A DNA stretch of 64,000 nucleotides. Origin: an uncultured Candidatus Rokubacteria bacterium. Its GTDB lineage: Bacteria; Methylomirabilota; Methylomirabilia; Rokubacteriales; CSP1-6. Of the stretch, positions 38,783 through 48,224 are shown piece after piece (the stretch's first letter is position 1; each line of letters begins with the position of its first letter). The stretch spans positions 35,987 to 99,986 of the forward strand of contig CAWKCA010000043.1 in the NCBI GenBank assembly GCA_963848005.1, written 5' to 3'. The translations under genes were made by a program, and so were the position numbers. The notes under the pieces are model-generated. The model was not told the origin of the DNA. It was given only the letters and a program-made list of their open reading frames with translations, and made no database searches.

Positions 38783-39335
38783 GTCCGGTGAGAATGAAAC
38801 CCGAGAGGGTGATGGTGGCGAGCAAGTCCTTCGGCTGGCTCACGTTTACTACGCGCAATTTCAAATCCTGGACGCTGAGGAGCTTGGGGGCCGCCTCGAG
38901 CTTGGTCAGGAGCTCCACGAGCTGCCGGATCTCCCCCGACACCGTGATCTCGATGGGGATCTCGAGGATCTCGCCGCGATCGACGGGCGGCAGGATCCGT
39001 TCGCTCCGGACCTCCGTGCGCACCTGCCCCGCCGTGTCCTTGACGAGCTTCTGCAGCTCGGAGGCCGCCACGGCGGGCGTGGTCGCGGTGAAGAACCGCC
39101 CGGCCAGGGTGTCGATCTTCCCGGTGACCGCCTGCAGCTCGGCGCTGATGGCGTCCTTCCGTCCGACCAGATCCTGACGACGCGCGAGCAGCTCACGGCG
39201 GGCGGGGACCACCTCGCGCGCCACGCGGTCTCGCTCCACGACCGGCTCGACGACGAAGAACCAGGCGCCGATGACGGCGGCCACCCCGACGCCGCCCAGG
39301 ATGAGATTGCGCTCGCGCCGCGACAGGTTGGCCAT
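38775..39335 (-). CDS. gspM: GspM/PilO-like T2SS protein
   Basis: Short cytoplasmic N-terminus, a single TM (LILGGVGVAAVIGAWFFVV), a coiled coil, then a ferredoxin-like C-terminal domain pattern. Position is between gspL and gspC. ATGA overlap with gspL. Confidence 0.6.
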   Translation of the reverse strand: MANLSRRERNLILGGVGVAAVIGAWFFVVEPVVERDRVAREVVPARRELLARRQDLVGRKDAISAELQAVTGKIDTLAGRFFTATTPAVAASELQKLVKDTAGQVRTEVRSERILPPVDRGEILEIPIEITVSGEIRQLVELLTKLEAAPKLLSVQDLKLRVVNVSQPKDLLATITLSGFILTGRA

Positions 39336-40795
39336 CAGCGCGATGCTCCGTTGCCCGCGCGCACGGGCGCCGAGCCCTCACCGGCGGCTCGGCCCGGCGC
39401 CCGACGGCCGGGAGCGCGCGGTGGCGGGGTGCCTTGCGTCTCCGCCGCGGGACTGCTCGGCCGGCTGCTGGCACTTTCCCAGGCGGCCTTGATGCGGAAC
39501 TGCTCCTTGTTGTCGCGCCCCTTGGTCACGGGGGACGAGAACTCCACGCGCTCCAGCCGCGACGAGTTCTCCAGGAGCGGGATGAGGGTGCTCGCCGCGG
39601 CCGCCTGCCCGCTCAGCTCGACGCCTTTGGTGTCAAAGGACAGGCTCGTCAGCCAGGCGTCCGAGGGCACCAGATCGGTCAGCTCCCGGAGCATCGGCAG
39701 CGGTCGCAGAGCGCTCGCCTCGAGTGACTCGATGCTGGCCAGCAGCTTGCGCTTGCGCTCCAGCTCTCGCTGGACGTTTTCGATCGCGCGCACCTGCGGG
39801 GTGAGACCTTCGATCTTGCGGTTCGTCAAGGCCAGATGTCGATTGGCCCGGTGGCCGGGGTAGAGCAGGGCCGAGAGACCGAGGGCCACGGTCACCGCCA
39901 GCATCGCGACGGTCACCGCCTGCGCGCGCGTGACCCGGCGCGGCCGGCGCTCGTCGGGAATGAGATCGAGAGGGGGCGTGCCCCGTCGGGCCGCCACCGC
40001 AACGGCCAGCTCAAAGAGCCCGGGCGGCGCCTCATGCGGCCCCGCGAGCAGCCGCGCCGCGCGGGGGGTGTACGGCGGCGCCGTCACCGCGGCGTTGAGC
40101 GTGAGGAGCGCGGTACCCGCCAGCTCTCCCTCGCCCGACAGCCAGATCACATCGCAGGCGCGCCACCGCAGCACAGCGTAACTTCGACGGATCTCCTCGG
40201 CGAGATCTTCATCTCCCGCGGAGCCTAGCGTTCGACTGAGGACGAGCTGACCGCCTGCCACGAACAGGAGGTCGGAGCCCAGCGGGCTCCGGTGAATCCA
40301 TGCCACCCGCTGCGTGCGATCGACGCGCACCAACCCCAGCAGGTCGTGCGCCGCGACCGTCACCGACTTGGGCCGAAGGCGCGCCTCGTCGGCGATGCGG
40401 AGGGCGCCGTCCACCACGCGCCGGTCTGCGCCGGTCACGAGGACGCGGCGGGCGTCCCCCGCGGATCGGCCGGCATCTGGGCGCAGGGGCAGGAAGTCGA
40501 AGGCGGCATCATCGGCGGGGAAGGGCAGGTGGCGCTCGAGCTCGAACCGCACCATCTCCCGGACGTCGCCGCCGAGGACGGGAAAGTCGATGGGCTTGAC
40601 CGTCACCACGGACCGAGAGACGCCGATGGCCACCGCGCGGGAGGTCAGCTTGCGCGCGTCGAGTTCCGCGCGCAGCGCCGCGGCGGGTTGCTCCGCCTCG
40701 ACCACGAATGTCTGCGCGTGGCGCCCGCGCAGGGCAGCCACCACCAGACGGTTCCCGGCCAGGATGAGAGCGAGTCTGGTCAACATGGACATCAC
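39335..40795 (-). CDS. gspL: GspL-like T2SS protein (PilM-like cytoplasmic domain fused to PilN-like TM/periplasmic domain)
   Basis: N-terminus has a PilM/actin-like pattern (VRFELERHLPFPADDAAFDF). A central TM follows (AVTVAMLAVTVALGLSALLY), then a PilN-like coiled coil and a beta domain. Confidence 0.65.
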   Translation of the reverse strand: MMSMLTRLALILAGNRLVVAALRGRHAQTFVVEAEQPAAALRAELDARKLTSRAVAIGVSRSVVTVKPIDFPVLGGDVREMVRFELERHLPFPADDAAFDFLPLRPDAGRSAGDARRVLVTGADRRVVDGALRIADEARLRPKSVTVAAHDLLGLVRVDRTQRVAWIHRSPLGSDLLFVAGGQLVLSRTLGSAGDEDLAEEIRRSYAVLRWRACDVIWLSGEGELAGTALLTLNAAVTAPPYTPRAARLLAGPHEAPPGLFELAVAVAARRGTPPLDLIPDERRPRRVTRAQAVTVAMLAVTVALGLSALLYPGHRANRHLALTNRKIEGLTPQVRAIENVQRELERKRKLLASIESLEASALRPLPMLRELTDLVPSDAWLTSLSFDTKGVELSGQAAAASTLIPLLENSSRLERVEFSSPVTKGRDNKEQFRIKAAWESASSRPSSPAAETQGTPPPRAPGRRAPGRAAGEGSAPVRAGNGASR

Positions 40796-40874
40796 GGTGT
40801 CAGATTACGTCCTCGGGGCGTTCGACCGGCCATCTTACATTGCTCACGGTGGGTTCTGCAACGCGGGGGGCCGC

Positions 40875-41823
40875 TCACCGAATGCCCGACCAGCTCAACA
40901 CGCGCACGGCGGGAAGGGTGGGGTCGTCCCCCGTCTCCACGATGGCGGTGAGCCGCGCGCGCGGCTTGCCGTCGAGAATGCCCATCGCCTCGATCCGGTA
41001 CATCCGCGTGGTGGCGACCAATCTCAGACCGGCGACGCGTCCGGGGACGCTGGCGTAGGGAACCTCTCGACGCGTGGCCTGGAACTCGAGGACCACGGCG
41101 TCGGCCAAGCCCAGCGCCAGGAGCACCGGCTTGCTGGCGGTATTGATGTTGACCTGAGCCCTGACCGAAGACGGTGACGAGGTCGGCGAGGCCGGGCTTC
41201 TCGGGGGTCCCGTGAAACAGCGCCGGGGTGATGCCCTTGATCTGAAGCAGCTCGCTGACGGATTCGAGGGGGCCGTTGCGGGCGCGGTAGGGAACGGGGA
41301 GCTTCAGGTAGTAGTCATCGCTCTCCGCGCCGTTGGCGCGATGCTCATCGTTCTCGTCGATCCAGTCCCGGATGGAGTCGACGATGGTATCGCGCTCTTG
41401 CTTGTCGACGTCCAGGAGCTGCAGCAGGCGGTCGAGGCGCGCTGGTTCAATGGTGTTGACGTTGAACCGCGCCGCCTCGTCCGTGATGCGGTACGAGTAC
41501 TGACCGTCCCCCAGCGGGACGTTCTCGCGCGGCAGCCGCTTGAGGGCCACCCGGTCGCGCGTATAAAAGGTGAGCTCCCCGTCCTCGGCCTCGGCCACCA
41601 GCGTGCCCTGGCCGACGATCTCGCGGATGGCGTTCTCCAAGGCCGCCTCGGCCAGGTGCCCGGCCATCACCGCGTCCTTGTAGTTGCGGGCGGCCCGGGC
41701 CTCGAGCCGCATCGAGTAGGCGAACTCGGCGCCCAGAAGGCCGATGAGGGCCAGGACGAGCAAGACGGCGACCATGGCGAAGCCCCGCTCTCCCGGGGGG
41801 CCGTTGACGCGAGGGGCCTGCAT
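40875..41823 (-). CDS. gspK: T2SS minor pseudopilin GspK (one frameshift near 41150)
   Basis: GERGFAMVAVLLVLALIGLLGAEF (no Glu+5, typical of GspK), RITDEAARFNVN and SVSELLQIKGITPALF (HhH-like). The C-terminal 83 aa are in ORF 40875-41126. Confidence 0.75.
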
Positions 41824-42428
41824 CACTCGACGCCGATCCTCAACGGGACGACCATGGCCGGCAAGGTCTCCGGCCGCCCGTTGAGGGTCAGCCCGACGGT
41901 GATCTCGATGGCGGTGGGCGGGCGGTCCTCTTCGTCCCACTCCTTCTGCCAGCCATTGGTCTCGTCGAGATACCGAAACGACAGTGACGTCACCGTGGGA
42001 TCGCGCAACACCACCGTGGCGGCGGTGAAGGGTTCGTCGTTGGGCAGCGCGCGCTCGCGGATCACGAGGCCCTCGCCCGGCACGTACGACAGCGCCACGG
42101 CGGTGAAGGCGATGGGCGCCGCCAGGGGAAAGGGGGGCGCCTGGGTGACGAACTCCAGGGTCGACTCCTGACCTCGGAAGAGAAGGCGGACCTCCGGCGT
42201 CTCGCCCAGGGGGCCGCGGTAGGGGTGGGCGGCCCCCACCGACCGCGTGAGAAGCGTGGTCAGGCTGCGCAGATGCTGGTGGACCTCGATGCGTTCCTCA
42301 CCGCGCTGCGTTGCCCCGAGGACGACGCGCAGACCGCCGAAGGCGGTCACCATGAGCGTGGCCACGATGGCGAGGGCGATGAGCAGTTCCACCAAGGTGA
42401 AGCCGGGCGCCCCCTGCGGACCCAGCAA
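41823..42428 (-). CDS. gspJ: T2SS minor pseudopilin GspJ-like
   Basis: Prepilin leader and cleavage site ...GAPG|FTLVELLIALAIV. TTG start. ATGA overlap with gspK. Confidence 0.7.
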   Translation of the reverse strand: MLGPQGAPGFTLVELLIALAIVATLMVTAFGGLRVVLGATQRGEERIEVHQHLRSLTTLLTRSVGAAHPYRGPLGETPEVRLLFRGQESTLEFVTQAPPFPLAAPIAFTAVALSYVPGEGLVIRERALPNDEPFTAATVVLRDPTVTSLSFRYLDETNGWQKEWDEEDRPPTAIEITVGLTLNGRPETLPAMVVPLRIGVE

Positions 42429-42470
42429 CGCGTGGCCCTGCGTGCCGTGAGCGTCCCGTGGAGCCCGGGA

Positions 42471-43088
42471 TCACCGGGTGCCTCCCCCTGGCGGTCGGCT
42501 CGTTCCGATGCCGGGTAATTGACTCGCGCCCCGCGGCGACATCCCGGTGCTCGTCGATTGCCGCCCGCTCGGTGACATCCCCATGCCCGTGGATTGCCCG
42601 CCGCTCGGTGACATCCCCATGCTCGTGGATTGCTCGCCGCTCTGCCCCGTCCCGAAGGGCAGGACCGCGCGCGTGGGGTCGGAGGTGGCCGGCACGGTCC
42701 GCAGGGTTGACACCTCGAGTCGGCGCTGCTCGTCCCACGTGACGACCACCGAGATCTGGAACACGCGCCACTTCTGGGGCGCATTCGCCGGGGTCAGCTC
42801 GGGCGTCGCGAGGACCTGGGAGGTGCGCTGCCAACTGAAGCGACCGTCCGTGCCGCTCTCCGTGCCCTCGGTCGGCACGAGCAGCTCCCGCGCCTTCTGA
42901 TCGGCCACGATGATCGCCTGTTGCTGGTCGCCCGCGGATTTGAGCAGCCGCAGCCCCTGGCTCACGCCCTGGATCGACATCACCACCGCGGTGCCGAGGA
43001 TGGCGAGGGCGACGAGAACCTCGAGCAGGGTGAAGCCCCCCTGGGGGGACGTCGCGTGACGGGCGCGGGGAGACGCCACGATGCTCAC
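42471..43088 (-). CDS. gspI: T2SS minor pseudopilin GspI-like with repetitive Ser/Gly/Met-rich C-terminal tail
   Basis: ...SPQGG|FTLLEVLVALAILG, then a GspI-like body. The tail carries three 12-aa repeats (GEQSTSMGMSPS / GGQSTGMGMSPS / GRQSTSTGMSPR). Confidence 0.7.
   Translation of the reverse strand: MSIVASPRARHATSPQGGFTLLEVLVALAILGTAVVMSIQGVSQGLRLLKSAGDQQQAIIVADQKARELLVPTEGTESGTDGRFSWQRTSQVLATPELTPANAPQKWRVFQISVVVTWDEQRRLEVSTLRTVPATSDPTRAVLPFGTGQSGEQSTSMGMSPSGGQSTGMGMSPSGRQSTSTGMSPRGASQLPGIGTSRPPGGGTR
42530..42637 (-). repeat. three tandem 36-bp repeats inside the gspI 3' region
   Basis: Units 42566-42601 and 42602-42637 are 34/36 identical. Unit 42530-42565 is more diverged. Confidence 0.7.
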
Positions 43089-43543
43089 TGGCGTGAGATG
43101 CGCACGCGCCCGGTCAGCGGATCGACGCTGACCAGATAGAGGATCGCGCCCGTGCTGAGGCGAAAGTCACCGCCGCTGGAGACGCCATGGGGTTCGAAGC
43201 TGACCGTCAGGGCGGGGGGCGGCATGGCCTCGATGGTGAGCTGGCGAGCGAGGGGTCGCGTCAGGCGCACGTCGGATTCGTCGGCGATGACGGTCAGACG
43301 GTGCTCGGCGGGACTGACCTCGACCCGGTGGGGCCGCTGCGTGGCCACGGCCTGCTCGCGCGCGTGGCGCAAGGTCGCCGAGAACCCGGCCACCTCCGTC
43401 CGCATGCGCATGCCGTCCGTGGTTCGGCCGATGACGGGGCCGGCCACCGCGGCCGCCAGGGCGATCACGAAGAGCACCAAGACGACCTCGATGAGGGTGA
43501 AGCCCCGCGTTACTGCCGCTGCTGCTGCTGTCCTTCGCTCCAT
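43085..43543 (-). CDS. gspH: T2SS minor pseudopilin GspH-like
   Basis: ...AVTRG|FTLIEVVLVLFVIALAAA. 152 aa. Overlaps the gspG end by 34 nt if ATG 43543 is used. Confidence 0.7.
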   Translation of the reverse strand: MERRTAAAAAVTRGFTLIEVVLVLFVIALAAAVAGPVIGRTTDGMRMRTEVAGFSATLRHAREQAVATQRPHRVEVSPAEHRLTVIADESDVRLTRPLARQLTIEAMPPPALTVSFEPHGVSSGGDFRLSTGAILYLVSVDPLTGRVRISRQ

Positions 43544-43959
43544 GAGACGATGTCGGTGTTCTCGCCCTCACCGCCCGGGGCCCCGTCGGATCCTTCCGAC
43601 CAGAGGTCGTACTCACCGAACTGGCCGGGGCAGCACTTGTACTTGTAGGGGAATCCCCACGGATCGTTGGGAAGGGCCTTCTTGAGGTAGGGGCCGTTCC
43701 AGTTCGCGGCGTTGGCGGGCCTCTGCTGGAGCTGATCCAGACTCGTCGGGTACGAGCCGTTGTCGAGACGGTACTGGTCGAGGGACGAGCCGAGCAGCTC
43801 GATCTGCGCCCTCGCCGTGGCCTGCTTGGACTTGCTGACCTGCCCCCAGAGGCGAGGCCCGACGAGCCCGACGAGCAGGCCGAGCACGATGATGACCACG
43901 AGGAGCTCCACGAGGGTGAAGCCCGACTGGTCCCGAATGATCTGGCGCCAGCGCTTCAT
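43510..43959 (-). CDS. gspG: T2SS major pseudopilin GspG
   Basis: MKRWRQIIRDQSG|FTLVELLVVIIVLGLLVGLVGPRL...AR.QIE.L...L..Y.LDNG.YPT...L....YLKK.P.DPWG..Y. This is the canonical GspG pattern. ATGA overlap with gspF. Confidence 0.9.
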   Translation of the reverse strand: MKRWRQIIRDQSGFTLVELLVVIIVLGLLVGLVGPRLWGQVSKSKQATARAQIELLGSSLDQYRLDNGSYPTSLDQLQQRPANAANWNGPYLKKALPNDPWGFPYKYKCCPGQFGEYDLWSEGSDGAPGGEGENTDIVSWSEGQQQQRQ

Positions 43960-45167
43960 AGCGGGATCTCGTTGATGGAGAAGATGGCGAGAAGCATGGC
44001 CACCACGATGAAGGCCACCACCACGCCCATGGCCAGGATGATGGCGGGCTCCAGGAGCCCGATCAATCGACGCAGCTCGCTGCGCACATCCGCCTCGACG
44101 GTTTCCGCAGTCTTGAGCAGCATGTCCTCCAGACGTCCCGTCTCCTCGCCCACGCGAACCATGTGGATGGCGAGCGGCGGGAAGGGTGTGTGCTCTTGCA
44201 TCGCGGCGGCGACGGTTCCGCCGCGCTTCACGGTGTCTGACAGGCGGTGCACCGCGCGCCCCACGATCTGGTTGGTCATGATGTCGCCGACCACGGCGAG
44301 CGCGCCCAGCACGGGTACGCCGCTCCGCAGCATGGTCCCGAAGGTCCGTGCGAAGCGTGCCGTCTCGACCTTGATCATGAGGGCGCCCAACAAGGGGACG
44401 CGCAGCAGGAGGCGCTCCCACTGAAGACGGCCCTCGGCGGTTCCCGTCCACATCCGCCACGCCAGGATCGCCCCGAAGACAATCAGCACGCCCACCCACC
44501 AGTACGACTGGAGGGCCAGGCTCGTCGCGAGCAGGATCTGCGTGGGCAGGGGAATCGCCTGGCCCATGTCCGCGAAGATGGTGGCGAACCGGGGGATCAC
44601 GAAGGTCATCAGGAACACGATCGCCCCGGCTCCGACGGTCGTGATGACGGCGGGGTAGATCAACGCGGAGACGATGGCCTCGCTGAAGGCCTGGCGCGCT
44701 TCCTGGAACTCGGCCAGCCGGCGCAGGGTGGCTTCGAGGACGCCTCCCTTCTCGCCCGCCCGGACCATGTTGATGTAGAGGCGCGAGAAGGGGCGTGGAT
44801 GGTGCTTGGCGAGGGCGTCGCTCAGTGAAGACCCTCCGCGCACGCCGTGAAGGATATCGGTCACCACCGCCTTGACACGGGCGTTGGGGGCCAGCTCCTC
44901 CAGGATCGAGAGCGCGCGGTCCAGGGGCATTCCGGCCTCGACGAGCGTGGCCAGTTGCTGGGTGAAGGCCAGGAGGTCGCGGGCGCGAATGCCGCGTGAA
45001 AGACTGAAGTCCAGCCACGCCCTCCGCTCGCCCTGCGGCGTGACCTTGACCGGGAAGTACGCTTCGCGGTGGAGCCGTTCGATGACGGCGCGAGCATCCG
45101 GAGCTTCCATCACCCCGTCGACCGTCTGGCCGCGGCGGTCGGCCGCGCGGTAGGCGAACACGGGCAT
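43956..45167 (-). CDS. gspF: T2SS inner-membrane platform protein GspF
   Basis: Intact 403 aa. Two GspF repeats (F.RQLATLVEAGMPL..AL; FARTFGTMLRSGVPVL.AL) and three TM segments. Confidence 0.9.
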   Translation of the reverse strand: MPVFAYRAADRRGQTVDGVMEAPDARAVIERLHREAYFPVKVTPQGERRAWLDFSLSRGIRARDLLAFTQQLATLVEAGMPLDRALSILEELAPNARVKAVVTDILHGVRGGSSLSDALAKHHPRPFSRLYINMVRAGEKGGVLEATLRRLAEFQEARQAFSEAIVSALIYPAVITTVGAGAIVFLMTFVIPRFATIFADMGQAIPLPTQILLATSLALQSYWWVGVLIVFGAILAWRMWTGTAEGRLQWERLLLRVPLLGALMIKVETARFARTFGTMLRSGVPVLGALAVVGDIMTNQIVGRAVHRLSDTVKRGGTVAAAMQEHTPFPPLAIHMVRVGEETGRLEDMLLKTAETVEADVRSELRRLIGLLEPAIILAMGVVVAFIVVAMLLAIFSINEIPL

Positions 45168-45171
45168 CGCG

Positions 45172-46866
45172 CTACGAATCTTCCTGCGTGACCCGGAGCA
45201 CCTCGTCGACGGTTGTCACGCCCTCCTGCGCCTTCGCCCATCCGTCGATGCGCAGGGTGATCATGCCGTTCTCGATGGCGTGGCGTCGGATCTCGCGAGT
45301 GGAGACGCGACGCAAGGTGAGACTGCGCACCTCCTCCGAGATCTCGAAGAGCTCGTAGATGCCCAGGCGGCCGCGATACCCGGTCCCCCGACACTCCGCG
45401 CAGCCGTGGCCGCGGAAGAGCTGGCCCGGCGTGTCCGGACTGACCCCGAGGACCTGCAAGTCGGCGGGCGATGGCTTATCGGGCTCGCGGCACGCATCAC
45501 AGATGCGGCGGACGAGGCGCTGCGCGAGGACGCCCTCCAGAACCGACGAGAGGAGAAAGGACTCGACACCCATGTCTTGCAGTCGCGTGATGGCGCCCGG
45601 CGCGTCGTTGGTGTGGAGGGTGGAGAACACGAGATGGCCGGTGAGGGCGGCTTGAATGGCGATCTCCGCGGTCTCGAGGTCCCGGATTTCACCGACGAGG
45701 ATCACGTCGGGGTCCTGACGCACGATGTGGCGCAACCCGGTGGCGAAGGTGAGGCCGATCTTCGCCTTCACTGGGATCTGATTCACGCCTTTGAGCTGGT
45801 ACTCCACGGGGTCTTCCACCGTGAGGATCTTGCGATCGGGCGAGTTGATCTTGTCCAGGGCAGCGTAGAGCGTGGTGGTCTTGCCGGAGCCCGTGGGCCC
45901 GGTCACGAGGACGATCCCGTGGGGCAGGGTGATGAGCCGCTCGAAGCGCTTGCTGGTGGCCTTGCCGAAGCCGAGGCGCTCGAGGGGGAGGAACACGCTC
46001 GATCGATCGAGCAGACGCATGACGATCGATTCGCCGTGGACCGTGGGCATGGTGGACACGCGAATGTCCACGCGGCGGCCGCGCAGGGTCACCCGGATGC
46101 GTCCATCCTGGGGGAGCCGCCGCTCGGCGATGTTCATCTCCGCCATGATCTTGATGCGGGAGGTCACGGCCGCCTGGAGCCGCCGGGGTGGCGCTTCCTG
46201 CTCGTACAGGATGCCGTCGATGCGGTACCGGATGCGCAGGGTGTCCTCGAAGGGCTCGATGTGGATGTCGGAGGCCCCGGAGTCGATGGCGTTCTCGACG
46301 AGAAGATTGACGAGCCGCACCACGGGCGCCTCGAATGCCATGTCGCGCAGGTGATTGACGTCCTCGTCGACGTCGACCGCCCGGTCGTCGTCCATGCCCT
46401 CCACGATCCGCTGCAGCGGGGTCGCCACACCCTCATAGGTTCGGTCGATGGCCTCGCTGATGGCCTCGGGATGGCTGACCACGAGCTTCACCTCCAGGCC
46501 CGTGCTCTGCCGCAGATCGTCCACGATGAGGGGATTGAGGGGATCGGCGGTGGCCGCGGTGAGGAGGTTGCCCTCCACGCTCACGGGGCACACCGCGTAC
46601 TGCCGGAGGTATTTCGGCGACAGATTCTTGAGCACGGGTAGAGGAGAGGGCAACTCGTCTCGGGAGAGATAGGTGAGATTCTGTTGGTGGGCCAAGGCCC
46701 GCAGCATGTCCTCGCTCGAGACCGCCCCCATCGCGACGAGGGCCTCGCCGATCCGCTCGCCCGTCTTCTCGGCCTGGGCCAGCGCCTGGGCCACCACGTC
46801 CGCCGTCGTGAGTCCCTCCTCGACGAGAATTTCGCCGAGGAGTCGCGGAGGAGATGCAATGGCCAT
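45172..46866 (-). CDS. gspE: T2SS ATPase GspE with N-terminal T2SSE_N/MshEN domain
   Basis: LGEILVEEGLTT..V..AL..Q (N-domain), Walker A GPTGSGKTTT, Asp box, Walker B VILVGEIRD, His box, and a tetracysteine motif CDAC...CAEC. ATG 46866 lies within ORF 45172-46917. Confidence 0.9.
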   Translation of the reverse strand: MAIASPPRLLGEILVEEGLTTADVVAQALAQAEKTGERIGEALVAMGAVSSEDMLRALAHQQNLTYLSRDELPSPLPVLKNLSPKYLRQYAVCPVSVEGNLLTAATADPLNPLIVDDLRQSTGLEVKLVVSHPEAISEAIDRTYEGVATPLQRIVEGMDDDRAVDVDEDVNHLRDMAFEAPVVRLVNLLVENAIDSGASDIHIEPFEDTLRIRYRIDGILYEQEAPPRRLQAAVTSRIKIMAEMNIAERRLPQDGRIRVTLRGRRVDIRVSTMPTVHGESIVMRLLDRSSVFLPLERLGFGKATSKRFERLITLPHGIVLVTGPTGSGKTTTLYAALDKINSPDRKILTVEDPVEYQLKGVNQIPVKAKIGLTFATGLRHIVRQDPDVILVGEIRDLETAEIAIQAALTGHLVFSTLHTNDAPGAITRLQDMGVESFLLSSVLEGVLAQRLVRRICDACREPDKPSPADLQVLGVSPDTPGQLFRGHGCAECRGTGYRGRLGIYELFEISEEVRSLTLRRVSTREIRRHAIENGMITLRIDGWAKAQEGVTTVDEVLRVTQEDS

Positions 46867-46985
46867 GCTATGCTCTTTCGGCATGTTAGCACAGGTTTTG
46901 TGCACGACTGACGTCACTGCCGTGAACCGCGCCAGCTACGACCGCATTGGACGACGGCCGGGGGTCGGACTATTCACGCCAGGTC

Positions 46986-47466
46986 GTGACGGGGGCGCCT
47001 GCTGACCGCGGCCCTCGTCCTGCACGGTCCCAACTTGAATCTCCTCGGTACGCGCGAGACGAGCGTGTATGGGCGCACCACCCTCGCCGAGCTGAACCGC
47101 CTGATCCAGGAGCACGCGCGGACCCGGGGGGCTCAGGTGGAGTGCCGACAGTCGAACTGCGAAGGCCAGCTCATCGAGTGGCTTCACGCCGCCGAGAAAG
47201 CGGGATTCGCCGGAGTGATCCTCAATCCAGGGGCCTTCACGCACTATTCGTTGGCCCTGCGCGATGCGGTGGCGGGCATCGCCGTGCCCGTGGTGGAGGT
47301 GCACCTATCGAACGTCCACGCCCGCGAGGAATTCCGGCGTCACTCGGTCATCGCTCCCGTGGCCCGCGGGCAGATCGCTGGCTTTGGGCCCACCAGCTAC
47401 GTGCTGGGCCTCGACGCGCTCCTGAGTCTCGTCGCCTCGCCGCGCCGCTCCCGCGCGCGGCGGTGA
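46986..47466 (+). CDS. aroQ: type II 3-dehydroquinate dehydratase (probable +1 G artefact in run 46991-46995)
   Basis: [15 protein letters not shown]...[15 protein letters not shown] is the AroQ signature. The conserved GPNLN block lies upstream of the ORF-track start (TTG 47035). It is in frame only with CTG codons, or with GTG 46986 if the G5 run is really G4. Confidence 0.8.
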
Positions 47467-47528
47467 ATCGCTCCTGCCGCCTCGCCGTCTAAGTCCTTGT
47501 TGCGACGGGGTGAGCGTCTGACCGCCCC

Positions 47529-48224
47529 GTGAGCCCCGACGATCGGCTCCTGGTGGAGCGCTGTCAAGCTGGGGACCTGTCGGCGTTCGAGCCGCTGGTC
47601 GAGAAGTATCGGCAGCGCGTCTGGCGGCTGGCCTATAACGTGCTGCGCGATCGCGAGGAGGCCTGGGATGTTGCCCAGGATGCGTTCATCCGGGCGTACC
47701 AGGCGCTCCCGTCGTTTCGTGGACAGTCGGCGTTCTATACCTGGCTGTTCCGCATCGTGATGAACCTCGCGGCCGATCGCGCCCGGCAGCGCGCGGCGCG
47801 CGGGCGTGCGTTCGGTACGGAGCGGGTTCCGGAGGAGGATTGGGAGCGGCTGATGGCGGATCAGAGCGCGGCGCCCGACAGTTCGGCGGCGCAGACGGAA
47901 GATCGAGAGCGCATCACGAGGGCGCTCGACACTTTGTCGGAAGATCACCGAACGATTATCATGCTCAGTGATGTCGAAGGGTTGGCGTATCGGGAGATCG
48001 CCGAGGTGCTCGACGTGCCGATCGGGACGGTGATGTCGCGGCTGCACAACGCGCGAAGGCGGCTGCGCCAGGCGCTGAAGCCGCTTCTGGCGGCCGTGAT
48101 CGCCGTGTTCCTGGCCTGGACCGCGGGCCCGGTGGCTGCCCAAGGGCCTCCCGCGCCGCCGTCGCCGGGGGTGCCGTCCTCCGTCCATGGTGCATTTCGG
48201 TGCGCGCGTGTACCTCGCCACTGA
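47529..48224 (+). CDS. ECF-type RNA polymerase sigma-70 factor with hydrophobic C-terminal extension
   Basis: Sigma-2 (AFEPLVEKYRQRVWRLAYNVL..EEAWDVAQDAFIRAY) and sigma-4 (LSEDHRTIIMLSDVEGLAYREIAEVLDVPIGTVMSRLHNARRRL) regions. No stop follows sigma-4. The frame continues through LLAAVIAVFLAWTAGPVAA and a Pro-rich stretch. Confidence 0.8.
   Translation: MSPDDRLLVERCQAGDLSAFEPLVEKYRQRVWRLAYNVLRDREEAWDVAQDAFIRAYQALPSFRGQSAFYTWLFRIVMNLAADRARQRAARGRAFGTERVPEEDWERLMADQSAAPDSSAAQTEDRERITRALDTLSEDHRTIIMLSDVEGLAYREIAEVLDVPIGTVMSRLHNARRRLRQALKPLLAAVIAVFLAWTAGPVAAQGPPAPPSPGVPSSVHGAFRCARVPRH

Noticed and set aside
42530-42637. Short tandem repeats (here and at 38192-38231, 17836-17905, 14217-14262) as a CRISPR array
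   Set aside because: The units are contiguous or separated by only 2-5 bp, with no unique spacers of 25-40 bp. There are at most three copies and no cas genes.
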